From positions 22,878,001 to 22,942,000 of the forward strand of contig NC_082720.1 in assembly GCF_030144855.1 (NCBI RefSeq): a DNA stretch of 64,000 nt. The letters run 5' to 3'. The notes under the pieces are model-generated. The model saw nothing but the letters and a program-made list of their open reading frames with translations. It had not been told where the DNA came from and did not search any database. Shown here piece after piece: positions 1-12,170 of the stretch (positions are counted from its first letter, which is position 1; each line of letters starts with the position of its first letter). The DNA is from Hypanus sabinus (taxonomy: Eukaryota). The position numbers were made by a program, and so were the translations under genes.

Positions 1-335
1 TAGTGTGGATAGTCAAAGGCTTTTTCCTGGGGCTGAAATGGCTGGCATGAGAAGGCACAGTTTTAAAGTGCTTGGAAGTAGGTACAGAGCAGATGTCAGG
101 GGTAAGTTGTTCACGCAGAGTGTGGTGAGTGCATGGAATGGGCTGCCGGTGACAGTGGTGGAGGCTGATATGATAGGGTCCTTTAAGAACTCCTGGAAAG
201 GTACATGGAACTTAGAAAAATAAAGGGTTGTGGGTAACCCTAGGTAATTTCCAAGGTAAGAACATGTTCAGCACAGATTTGTGGGCTGAAGGGCCTGTAT
301 TGTGCTGTATGTTTTCTATGTTTCCACGTTTCTAC
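1..335 (+). mobile_element. CR1 LINE 3' end fragment
   Basis: ORF 5..223 (DSQRLFP...RGKLFTQSVVSAWNGLP...VVEAD.IGSFK) is the typical CR1 ORF2 C-terminus, followed by a CR1-type tail (ggcctgtattgtgctgtatgttttctatgtt). It is absent at the paralogous site near 13110. Confidence 0.85.
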
Positions 336-1805
336 AATGTGAAAACATTTAAAACTTATCCATTCTGGTGCAATTAACAGAAAAATGAATTAGTTATTAA
401 ATGGAGAGTGCTTAGGTAATGTTAAAGTTTATAGAGACCAAGGTCCGACGTAGGTGCAAATAGTAGATTATCATTGACAAGAGAATTTGAATATAGCAAT
501 GAGCAAGTCTTGTTGTACTTGTAAAATGGCTTGGCAAACGCACCCAAGAGTATATTGGACATTTTTGGCCTCTTAACTATGAAAGGATGTACTTGCCACA
601 GTCACAGTGCAATAATGATTCAGGATTGGTAGGGTTTCTAAATGAGAAGATATTGAGTAGACTGGGATTTTACTTTCTTCAGCTTCAGCAAAACATACAA
701 AATCCTTCAAGAACTTGGCAGAGAAAATGTAAGAAGGGTGTTTTCGCTGCCTGAGAAATCTCAAACTCAAGACAGGCCAGACTGAACTTACATGAGAAAC
801 AAGAGAAAATCTGCTGACACTGGAAATTCAAACAGTGCACACAAAATGCTGGAGGTACTCAGCAGGCCAGGCAGCATCTATGGAAAAAAGTACAGTCGAT
901 GGCTTGGAGCAATACCTTTCATCAGAACTGTACGTACCATACGACCATTAGATGTAGGTGCAGAATTAGGCCATTCAGCCCATTGAGTCTACTTTACTAT
1001 TCTATCATGGCTGATCCCGGTTACCACTCAATTCTATACACCTGCCTGCTCGCCGTATACTTTGATGCCCTGACTGATGAGGAAACAATCAACTTCCACC
1101 TTAAACTTACACACAGACTTGGCCTCCACTGCAGTTTGTGGCAGAGCATTCCACAGATTTACTGCTCTATGGCTAAAAAAAAATTCTCCTTACCTCTGTT
1201 CTAAAGGGTATCCCCTCAATCGTGCGGCTGCATCCTATAGTTCTGGACACCCCCACCATAGGAAACAGCAGCTCCACATCCACCCTATCTAGTCCTTTCA
1301 ACATTCTGTAGGTTTTGATGATATCTTCCGACATTTTTCTAAATTCCAGTGCGTACAGGCCCAAAGCTGCCAAAAGCTCCTCACATGTTTACCCCTTGAA
1401 TCCTGTAATCATCCCGATGAACCTTCTCTGGAATCTCTTGAATGAAAACACATCCTTTCTGAGATATGGGGCCCAAAACTGTAGACAATACTCTATGCGC
1501 GGCCCGATTAGTGTCTTATAAGGACCCAGCATGAGAAGATCTTTCTGTGGTGGTGAAGCTTTAGGCTGTAGATGCCCATTCTTTGTATTTGTACAAAACA
1601 CAGATTGATAGATGTCTGGACATGGAGTCAAGAGATACAGGGCAGTGGTGGAAATGGCGCTGAGGTAGATGATCAACCACATTCCGAATCTGACAGGAGT
1701 TTGGGATCGAACCTGCATCTCAGGAGATGTGGGGCAATTATACTCGCAGCTACACCGCTAAGCCGCCATTTCTGACACAGAACCATGTAACATTGAGCTG
1801 CTTAC

Positions 1806-2152
1806 CGTCCGAAACCCGGAGATTCAAATTCGTTTTCAGATCATTAAACAGTCCCGGAATCTCCACACGGCAGCAATACCAGCCGCTATCTTCTCTCTGT
1901 AGATCATTTATAGTGAGCGACACATCTCCTGCCGCAATTCTACCACCAAGACTATGTCTCTGGGATGTTGCAGAAGTTACTCTGTCTCCATTTGTTCTAA
2001 TCAGCTCATTTCCACAGTTCTCAACACCACACTCTCCCCGGCCCCAGCACATCTCACTTTTCACACATTTTCTTCAGAATAGTGGCACGGCAGTGTGATC
2101 GACTGTCCCGTGACTCCTCGCACTTTTGTTCCAGAGACGAAGGAGACTCGAC
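1806..2152 (-). pseudogene. TIM-A IgV exon (HAVCR1/TIMD4-like) with 1-bp frameshift
   Basis: Acceptor ...ggattgattcag|GT at 2152, donor GACG|gtaagc at 1806. Length 347 nt versus 348 nt in the paralog. The 5' frame GRVSFVSGTKVRGVTGQSITLPCHYSEENV hits TGA at 2063-2061; the shifted frame continues KSEMCWGRGECGVENCGNELIRTNG...DSGWYCCRVEIPGLFNDLKTNLNLRVSD, which has the TIM-type extra cysteines and CCRVEIPG motif. Confidence 0.9.
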
Positions 2153-2851
2153 CTGAATCAATCCAGGGAAAGAAAGTTACAGATGGCGCTGAATGGGATG
2201 AGCAGACGGGGTGTGATGAGGATGAGCAACGGGAATGTGATCTATTTTACCCGCCGGGTGGCATCTGAGGAATATTACGGGAAGTTTCTACGTATTCAAA
2301 GGGATGTGGATATTATTAGGCATTTCCCACATCCTGAAACACCATCCCTCAGCTGACCCCAAGAAGGTGGTGGTGATCGACCAGTATTTCTGTAGTTTTG
2401 ACACATCCGATAGTCCTGCGGTAACATTTCAGAGAGTTGTTCAGTCACAGTAACGGAAACATACAGGGAAGGTACGAAGATCAGATTGTGATCTCGAGTA
2501 TTGAAATCATTCTCCTCCCTTGCCATTTTGGATCTGGGATTCATTTTCCCACTCACATACCCACTGTGCTCCCAAAGCTTCACCGCTATGATCGGGGGAT
2601 ATTCGGTGTTCTGATCTTGTTTCTTAGTCCATTCAGATCAGCACTGATCAGTCCTCCAAGTTCACTCACCCCGTCAGTTCACCTCCCACCACTAATCTAC
2701 AAAAACTGGCAGCGCCGGGCGTCACTCAGGGTCTCGGCTCTATCCCTCCCGGGTCCAACACTCCCACAGTCTCCACCTCAATTACTGCGTCCAATAGGTT
2801 AAAGCAACAAGGTTGAACAAGCTAATTCAATTCCTGCTTTCAGAAACGTAC

Positions 2852-2903
2852 CTAACAGAAGAAACATTATTGTCAAATGAGCCACGGAGCCAGTAGGAGC
2901 CAT
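2852..2903 (-). CDS. TIM-A signal-peptide exon (MAPTGSVAHLTIMFLLL-G)
   Basis: ATG at 2903-2901, 17 codons with a hydrophobic core, phase-1 donor TTAG|gtacgt. Joins in frame to the phase-1 IgV acceptor, giving ...MFLLLGRVSFVSG/TKVRG. Confidence 0.8.
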
Positions 2904-3108
2904 CGCGCCGGACACTGTGGCGGCCGCTCTCCGTGTCGCTGCACCTGATGCCGTGGCTGCGAGTTAAACTGTTGCTTCCGGCTTGTCGTGGACAAGAGTT
3001 CCTTCCACAGGAACACGGGTGTTGTTCACTGACACCCCGGAGTGAGGCAAATGCTATCAAACACTCGGCTCCTCCCTGGCGTTACCATCAAAGTCTTAAA
3101 CGCACGGA
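2904..3108 (-). promoter_or_regulatory. Putative TIM-A 5' UTR / proximal promoter (CpG-rich, GGAA ETS-like cores)
   Basis: GC/CpG-rich segment directly 5' of the leader ATG, containing ccggaagc. It is conserved in inverted form at 38420-38580, upstream of TIM-C. Function is inferred only. Confidence 0.45.
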
Positions 3109-4674
3109 TTTCCTTCAATGTTGCTTTCAGTTCTCGGTTTTGGGGAAGTTCGTGTCTGAAATGTCCATCAGTAACACGAATGGGCAAGTTGCCAAGTATC
3201 CAACTGGTTGTTTTGAACTGCTGGATCGCTGGTCTGGTTGAGTCCTCTCAGTTTGTGTGACGTTTCAATGTTTGGTACGTGAAGGGAACCGAGGGTGAAG
3301 TAGAGAGTGAGAGAGAGATCAAGAGACCCAAAGAGGCTGATTCCACCATTTTCTGTTTTAACTCCAGCCTGTTCCGCACTGGCTGTCTAAATTTGGTCTG
3401 TCAACCCAGTTCAAGACTGAAGTCAATGTTATTTGTTGGTGAGGAGTGTAGGGACTTTGAATCTCTATCCAACTCTGAAGATGCATAATGGTGGCACAAG
3501 AGTCTCTGAACTGCAAATTATAGACACAATTATACTTCATTCAATCATGTTGTAATAATCATTGACACTAGGAGTGATATCGGTGCTGTGCTCAAACCTG
3601 GTACTAGGGCTGCCTACACCAGATGTCTGGTGCAATTCCCAGGCAGCTCACAGGTAAAGTTGAGATGAAGATCAGACCCCAGTAATTGGGAGGGACTGGC
3701 TGATAGATGTGTGGAAGAAATGTCAAGTGGATGGGGAGGCAGTGGGAGATGGGGAAGCGATCGGAAGTATGGAGTGTGAGAAAGGGTGAGCAGGGAAAAT
3801 GATCCGTAATAATAACCGGAGAAGAGATGAACTGAAACAGCAGATTCAGACTGATTTCCCTAGCCCAGGTAGGGACTGACAATGATTTAAATTGCATTAT
3901 TAAAGGTAAAAAAAAAGAAAACAGGCAGACAGAATTGAACATAACGCCAAAGAATGGAAGTATTAGGATGATGATTTACAGAGGGATCAAAGTGATTTCA
4001 AGAAAAAGATGCTCAGTGTCCCGCATCCAGGCTGCAGATATATATCCACTCTGTCTCAGATTGCTGTTCCTCCAGTTTATGAGAAACAATGATAAGTGAA
4101 CAGTTTCCAGACAATGAGAGAAATTGTCTGAACGTCAGGAGGTGCACAGGGCAGTTCAGACGTATTCTCACCAAATGGACCACCAATGTGTTCAAACAAT
4201 GACTTTATCATGAACTCTCCAAGTATATTGAGCACTGACTACTTTGAAGTCTGGGGGAAGGGTGATTTGAATAGCTGACTGTACTCTAGTTATTTACTGT
4301 TCTCTCCCTTTGGCAAGTATGTCCTTTCATTGTTACAAAACTGGAGTTTCCACTACCTGCTCAGTCCAGTCTTGTCAAGACTCTGTACAATTATAGTATG
4401 ACTCTGTTACACTTATGTTTAAAAGCTGCTAATAATAAATGGTAACTTATTATTTGCACCTGGAGAGTGGCCTGAAGAGATATGTGCAGCATCACACCTT
4501 GTTTTTAAAGTTCATCACCATCCAATCACCCAGCATTTAAGAAAATATACCTTTACATTATTGGCACTAAAATGTATGATCTCCCATATGTCTTCACTCT
4601 GTTCCAGCTGCCAAGTTCTTGAAATATCATTAAGCTTCTTCACAAAACATTGTGGACATGCTTCCATAAGCTGA

Positions 4675-5566
4675 TGTTATGATTCAGCAACAATGAATAT
4701 AGAATTAAGACAGGCTTTTTATAAACAAATTAAACATTTATTTAAACTCAGCTCAACAACAAATGAGAAGTAAACAAACGACTAACTTAACCGGAATTTA
4801 ACTGCTATACAGCAACTCAAACTGTTCTTAAAGTGATAAATGCGAACACAGTTCTTAAAGCATTAATGCGAACTCAGTTCTTAAAAGTGGTAAATGTGAA
4901 AGTCCAAATGATTTACACAGTCAATTAGGAGAGACTTTCCTGAAGTAACAAATTCCTCCATGACGTGACATTATTGCTGATTCCAGCCGAAATATGCCTT
5001 GCCTGAAGGATTTATGATGAAGGAAATAAAAATGGCTTAAAGGAACTGACCTTCCTTGGCAAATAATGCTGCATCCAACCTTTTCTGCTTTCACAGTGCA
5101 GGGTCTATCTTGGATATAGGTTACTACCTTCTGAACAAAGATATAATAAGGTCGATTCTGTATTACCACTGATGACACCAACTTCAATAAATTATTCCCT
5201 CTCTGACTGAACTAAATCTGGCAGCATTGTGGCAAACTGCCAGCAATAATCTTTGAGTCTTAAGATAGAAATTAAAACTCCACTTTAAAACAAAACTGTG
5301 TCATGAGACAAATACACAGCATTACAGGGTAACTGAAGAATTAAACCATGAACTAACCTGCACCTCAGCAAGGCTTTCACGTTTTATACCTGTTGAAACA
5401 GGCCATCACATGACTTCTCACTGGCGTGAAAATTACATCATGTGACCTCACACTGGCGTGAAATTACATCACCCCACCATCACAAGACCATTATATCATG
5501 CTCACCAGATACTCAATTACATCATGGTCATAAGACCGTCACAAGGTACCCACGGGATATGTAACA
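4675..5566 (-). repeat. 3' LTR of the Gmr1-like element
   Basis: Starts tgttatgattcagcaac and ends gatatgtaaca; direct repeat of 10245-11163. The adjacent 5567-5575 reads gcagggagg on minus (PPT-like). Confidence 0.88.
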
Positions 5567-8500
5567 CCTCCCTGCAAAAAAATTGGTCAGTCATGAGCAA
5601 AATTTTAACAATTAACTATTTAGAAAAGAAAATACAAATGTATAAAATTTACAACATACACAGTATACATAGTATTATCATACAGCACCTTACAAATGAC
5701 TATACAATAGGAGTGTTACAAATGTTAAAATATCACTCCATAAAAAATTACATTTAACATCTAGATAGACAATCAGCAATCAAATTATCTTTGCCTTTAA
5801 TATGAGTTATCAAAATATTATAGTCTTGTAAAATCAAACTCCAATTTAATAACCTTCTATTTATGTTTTTCATGTTACTCAGAAACACTAACGGATTATA
5901 ATTGGTGTAAATTATGAGTGGCTTTTGAGTTGTACCAACATACACATCAAAATTGTTCTGCCAAAACAAGAGATGATAATTCCTTTTCTTTGATTGAATA
6001 GCTTCTTTGATGCTCATTAAATTTCTTAGAAAAGTAAACTACTGGATGATTAACCTCGTCACGCTCATTCCTTTGCAGTAGTACTGCTCCTGCAGCCTCA
6101 TCACTAGCATCTACAGCTAATGAAAAAGGATTTTCAAAGTCAGGTGCCCTGAGCACAGGTTGATGATATATCATAGTTTTCAATTTCTCAAATGCTTCCT
6201 GACAAAGCACTGTCCACACAAACTTTTCATTTTTCTTCAAGAGGTGAGTTAATGGAAGGGCAATATTAGCAAAATTCTTATAAAATTTTCAGTAATGTCC
6301 TACCTTTCCCAAGAATCTTCTGAGAGTTTTTTTCCCAGTTGGGTTGGGACCTCTAAAATTGCCTGAACGTTTGCCTGAACAGGAGCTACCTTACATTGAC
6401 CCACAACATAACCAAGGTATGTCACAGTGGCATGATCGAATTCACTTTGAACTAGTTTATTAGTTAAGTCAACTCTTGAAAGACTTTCAAATCATTAATA
6501 TAGACATCTATATCTTTTAAACCATGAATCACAGAGTTAATCATCCACTGGGAAAGTACTTGGGGCATTCTTCATCCCAAGTGGAAGAACATTATATTCA
6601 TATAACCCAGATAGGGTTACAAATGCAGAAATCTCTACCTCTATCCATCTATGGAACAATCAATCTTTGTAAGGAACTTTGCTTGTCCAGCTTTGTCCAC
6701 CCAACATCCACTCTAGGGATTGGATATACATCTGCTTTTGTTACAGCATTCACCTTCTTATAATCAGTACAAAACCATATACTACCATTTGGCTTAGGCA
6801 GCATAACACAAGGTAAACGCCAATTCAAATTAGAAGGCCTAATAAAATTATTCTCTAACATATACTTAATTTCTTTCTCAGCAAGTTCACATTTTCCATG
6901 TTCATCTGATATGGATGTTGCTTTATGGGTCTGGCATCACCAATATCTACATCATGTGAAGCTACTGTGGTTCTTCTAGGATCTTCTGAAAATAAATCCC
7001 TATATTTAAAAATTAACTGCTCGTAGAAAATGTATAAAAAACTTTAAAAAATTAAAAAAAAATTCATTGCTCAATCTGCTGCTTCTGCTCTGGCTGTAAA
7101 TGGGCTAACTTCTCATCCATTATGAGAATCATCCATTATGTTCCTAGTGAGATCACTCAGTATTATTGACCACAACAGTCATAGTAGCAGAGTGTTTCTC
7201 ATAATATGGTTTTATCATATTTATATGGCAAAGTTGTGTTGGCCTTCTTCGATCTGGAGTTTTTATCACATAATCCATATTATTAACTTTAGACATAATT
7301 TCATAAGGACCATGAAATCTAGCTTGTAAATGATTCATTTGCACTGGGAGAAGAACCAACACCTTATCTCCAGGCTTAAATGTCCTCATCCTAGCTTCTC
7401 TATCATATCAAGTTTTCATTTTCTCCTGAGCCGATTTTAAATTTTCCCTGGCTTAGCTACAAACTTTATGTAATCTGTCCTTAAATTTTAAAACATAATC
7501 CAGCAAAATAGTATGTACCTCTTTATTAATCCATTGTTCTTTTAAGAAGGCCAAGGTCCTGTAACTCTATGCCCAAATACAAGATCAAATGGACTAAAAC
7601 CTAATGATTTCTGTACTGACCCCTGTACTGCAAATAGAAGTAAGTATAAACCCTCATGCCAATCATTTTCATTTTCCGCACAATACATTGAATTATAGTC
7701 TTGAGGGTAGAATGCAACCTCTCCAAGGCTCCTTGCGATTTTGGATGGTATGCAGATGAGATAATCTGCTTAGTTCCCAGTTTATAAACAATCTGTTGAA
7801 CCAATCCAGACATAAAATTACTACCTTGATCAGATGGTATTTCCTTAGGCAACCCAAAATAAGTAAAGAATTTTATAAGAGCATTTATTACAATTTTAGT
7901 CATTATATTCCTAAATGGTACTGCCTCTGGAAACCTAGACACAGTGCACATGATGGTCAGAAAGTATTGATGCCCAGTTTTTGTTTTTGGTAATGGGCAT
8001 ACACAATCTATAATAATTTTGGAAAACAGTTCAGCAAATGCAGGAATAGGTTTCAGTGGGGCCACTGGAGTAACTAGATTAGGTTTACCCACAATTTGGC
8101 AAATATGACCCATTCTGCAAAATGTCGCCACATCTTTTCTCAAACCAGGCCAGTAAAAATGTTTAAAAACCTTGTCCACAGTTTTCTTCACCCTTTGATG
8201 TCCACCCAAAGGCACACTATGAGCTAAAGTTAAAAGCTCATTTCGATAAACTTTAGGAACAATCTTCCATTCATCACTTGCAGGAATTAGAGGTGATTTC
8301 CACTTCCTCATCAACACTCTGTTCTCAAAATAATATCCTACTGGCACCTTATCAATTTCAGTATCTGGAAGAGCTCGTTCCTTTAACTTGACAATCTCAG
8401 GGTCTCTACTCTGCTCTGCTATCATCTCCTTCCGAGACAGAGACAGATCTTCAGGGTCAGACTTACTCTAAGAATCCTGTTCAAACAATGAAGGTAAGAA

Positions 8501-10224
8501 AGTTTCTGACACATCCTCAAAATTTGAATCCCAAGTTCAACAGTCATGGGTAACAACCTCATCTTGCATATCAAACTTTTTAGCCATAGATCAAGTTACA
8601 ACTGAGGAGGAATCTGAGTTAGAATCCATACATGGTTCCTCTGACTTTATTGTCAAATACACTTCAGGAAAAAACTTGTCCATCTGCTAAGTCATTTCAT
8701 AAAAATAGACAAACATCATTCATGGGTAAGCTAGGTTGTAGTTCTACTTTAACAAGTCCTGTAACTAACCCTGACTTTAAATTTACTCTATGCAATTGTA
8801 CAGGCATAAGGGCACTCACAACACCTCGTATATAGTTTACCTCACCAGTGACAGTGATTGAGAAGCTCCAGTATCCTTAAGGATTTTTTTTTGGCACTGG
8901 AATGGTTCCCTCTTTCAAGGATACAAATCCTTTGGTTATAAAATGATCATATCCCCTCTTAAATTGGTCAGATTCTGACAAATTTTCATTTGTATTCACT
9001 GAACCCTGACATCTGGGACTGCCTCCTTCTCCTTCTTCAATCAGAAACAGTTAGCTATAACGTGAGCAGGTTTCTTACAATAATTACAAATGAGACCAAA
9101 TTGTCTTTCCTTCACATGTTTTCCTTACCTTTGTCACTAACTTCTGATTTAATTTCTGGTTTACTTTGACTCTCTGTGCTATTTTTCTTTTCAGAAGTTC
9201 TACCTTGAGGAAATTTCTTCTTGTGGATTAAAGCATACTCAGCAGCTAATTTAGCAGACTCCTGCAATGTAGCAGAGTCCCTCTCATTTTAGTATGTCCG
9301 TACTTCAACAGGGATGTTCCTTTTAAATTCCTCCATTAAAATCAACTCTTTAAATTTATTATACTCCCCATTCACATTTTTAGAGGAAACCCACCTCTCA
9401 AAACACATAGCTTTACCGTAGGCAAATTCCACGTAAGTTTTTTCCACAGATTTCTTCAAATTTCTGAATCTTTCTCTGTAAGCTTCTGAAACCAGTCCAT
9501 ACACTTTCAGTATATGCTGCTTCACAATATCATAGTCAAGTGCTTGCTCAGCAGTTAAAGCTGTATAAACTTGTTGTGCCTTGCCTTTAATTACACTCTG
9601 TAACACCACTGTCCATTTCTCTTTCAGCTACTCTGAAATCAGAGCAACAGTCTCCAGATGTTGAAAACATTTATCCACTTCTCTTCCATTAATTGGAGGA
9701 GCTAATATAACTTCCTAACTACCAACAAACTGTTTCCCAGAACAAGAGGAAATTCTTGGACTTTAATACTGCCACCACAAGTTCAAATTCCCTATTATTG
9801 TTTGCTTCTCTTTCTTCAAATTCCCTCTGTTTATTTGCAGCTTCTAACTGACTTAGTTCCAAGTCAGCTTCTATTCTAAACATTTCTAATGCTGCCTGTT
9901 TCAGTTGTAACTGGATCGTTGCTTTACTTACAGGGAACCTATCTAACACCGCTTCATCAAAAACACCCAAATCTATATAGAGTTCTGTGATTTTCCTCTG
10001 AATTACAGGCTTTGTAGTAGCCATCAAAACATCTTTAAGATGCAAACTGCTAGTGATCTCTTTTTCACCTTCACTAATAACTCCAGGTCTGGCGATGCCA
10101 GAAAGTCATCAACATTCATTGTTGCCAAATGCCACTCACAACCAATCAAACTAAAGAATTGGATAATTCCCTTTTCCAAAACAGACCAATAATTAAACAA
10201 GCATTTAAGCACAAAAATGGACAT

Positions 10225-10242
10225 ATCCCAGACGAGCCCCCA
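10225..10242 (-). promoter_or_regulatory. Primer-binding site complementary to tRNA-Pro
   Basis: Minus strand TGGGGGCTCGTCTGGGAT, 2 nt from the 5' LTR. One mismatch to the canonical tRNA-Pro PBS TGGGGGCTCGTCCGGGAT. Confidence 0.88.
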
Positions 10243-10244
10243 AT

Positions 10245-11163
10245 TGTCATGATTCAGCAACAATGAATATAGAATTGAGACAGGCTTTTTATAAGCAAAT
10301 TAAACATTTATTTAAACTCAGTTCAAAAACATATGAAAAGTAAACAAACGACTAACTTAACTGGAAGTTAACTGCTATACGGCAACTCGAACAGTTCTTA
10401 AAGCAATAAATGTGAACACAGGTCTTAAAGCGATAAATGCGAACGCAGTTCTTAAAAGTGGTAAATATGAAAGTCTTAATGATTTACACAGTCAATTAGG
10501 AGAGACTTTCCTGAAGTAATGAATTCCTCGACGATGTGACGTTATTGCTGATCCCAGCCGAAATATGCCTTGCCCGAAGGATTTATGATGAAGGAAATAA
10601 AAATGGGTTAAAGGAACTGACCTTCTTTGGAGAATAACGCTGCATCCAATCCTTTCTGCTTTCACAGTGCAGGGGCTATCTCGGATGCAGGTTACTACCT
10701 TCTGAGCGAGGATATAATAAGGTTGATGCTGTATTACTGCCGACAATACCAACATTACTCGATCCTTCAGGTTACTGCACTTCAATAAATTCTTCACTCC
10801 CCGAATGGACTCAAACTGGCAATGTTGTGGCAAACTGCTGGCAATGACCTTTGAGACTTAAGATAGAAATTAAAACTCCACTTTAAAACAAAACTGCATC
10901 ATGAGACTAATACACAGCATAATGGAGTAACTAATGAATTAAACAATTAACTAAACTGCATCACAGCAAGGCTTTTACGTTTTATACCTGTTGAAACAGG
11001 CCATCGCATGACCTCTCACTGGCAGGAAAATTACATCATGTCACCTTACACCTCGGGAAATTACATCACCCCACCATCACAAGACCATTACATCATACTC
11101 ACCAGATGTTCAATTACATCATGGTCATAAGACAGTCACAAGATACTCATGGGGTATGTAACA
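10245..11163 (-). repeat. 5' LTR of the Gmr1-like element
   Basis: Starts tgtcatgattcagcaac and ends ggtatgtaaca. About 27 bp longer than the partner LTR around 10765-10791. Confidence 0.88.
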
Positions 11164-11609
11164 GTGATAAAATCAGGATTACTTCTATTTGTGTTACTGA
11201 TTTGTTTACCTTATTGCAAATTCGATGAACAGACACAGTGTCATTAATATTGTCATATTAGCTTATTCTGTATTGTCATGACTTTGATTACTTTTAAGAA
11301 CAAGACATTAACTAGATTCCAAACCAACTGGTAATGAAATTAATAAATCTACAATCAGGATCTACATCTGGTCATCACCACATCCCTGTCTGTGGAAACA
11401 GGTACCACAATGACTGCTCGCAGTGAAAGTCACTTTATAAAATGCATGTCTTACTTTCACTTTAACTGCAAACATCCCTAGCCTGCCTTATGCAAATACC
11501 TTCTCCAAATCTTAAGGTTCTAAACATAAACATTTCAATTAAAATCAATTTCAAGGCATACTTGTTAACTTTTGTCACCAACAGTGCAGGTTATCCAAAC
11601 AAAACACAT

Positions 11610-12100
11610 TGATATCAGAGATGTAGGAAGGACGTGGAAGCACTGGAAAGGGTACAGAGGAGATTTACCAGGATACTGCCTGGGATTAGAGAGTATGCAT
11701 TATGATCAGAGATTAAGGGAGCTAGGGCTTTACTCTTTGGAGAGAAGGAGAATGAGAAAAGACATGATAGAGGTATACAAGATATTAAGAGGAATAGATA
11801 GAGTGGATGGCCAGCACTTCTTCCCCAGGGTGCCACTTCTCAATATAAGGCTTTAAGGTAAGGGGTGAGAAGTTCAAGTGGGATATTAGAGGAAGGTTTT
11901 TAGTCAGAGTGGTTGGTGTGTGGAATGCACTGACTGAGTTAGTGGTGGGGACAGATACACTAGTCAAAAGTTAAGAGACTACAAGACAGATATATGGAGG
12001 AACTTAAGGTGGGGGGTTATAGGGGAGGCAGGGTTTAAGGGTCGGCACAACATTATGTGCCAAAGGGCCTGTACTGTGCTGTATTATTCTACGTCCTATA
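11610..12100 (+). mobile_element. CR1 LINE 3' fragment
   Basis: ORF 11572..11856 (GLESMHYDQRLRELGLYSLERRRMRKDMIEVYKILRGIDRVD) plus CR1 tail. Confidence 0.85.
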
Positions 12101-12143
12101 AAATAAGCAACTTAATATCCACGGTGTGAAATAAAGCACTTAC

Positions 12144-12170
12144 TTGTGGTTAACAGAACTGTGTGCTTGC
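12144..12170 (-). CDS. Candidate 27-nt stalk mini-exon of TIM-B (xKHTVLLTT)
   Basis: Acceptor tttaatgtttcttctgttacacag|GC and donor ACAA|gtaagt. Phase 1-1, open frame, downstream of the TIM-B IgV on the same strand. Confidence 0.45.

Larger units (their letters stand above)
330..4000. repeat. Segmental duplication copy 1 (TIM-A block), paralogous to ~13110-17940
   Basis: Colinear alignment by eye: 341-470 matches 13121-13221 plus 14099-14130; 1700-2825 matches 15850-16975; 3108-4000 matches 16972-17940. Roughly 85-95% identity estimated by eye. Confidence 0.9.
4675..11163 (-). mobile_element. Gmr1-like Gypsy LTR retrotransposon, near full length, ORFs broken
   Basis: Paired LTRs 4675-5566 and 10245-11163 (TGT...ACA). 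Minus-strand order: gag (9289..9609), integrase (7601..8425; GGHQRVKKT...WPGLRKDV, IIIDCVCPLP, SDQGSNF, AYHPKSQGALER), RT (6649..6861; FCTDYKKVNAVTKADVYPIPR), RNase H (5754..6240; FSLAVDASDEAAGAVLLQ). Multiple stops and frameshifts. Confidence 0.92.

Noticed and set aside
1727-2098. Plus-strand ORFs 1727..2098, 15821..16111 and 62339..62650, and minus ORF 40001..40219, as a conserved gene family
   Set aside because: They are antisense shadows of the TIM IgV exons; their similarity only reflects the duplication.
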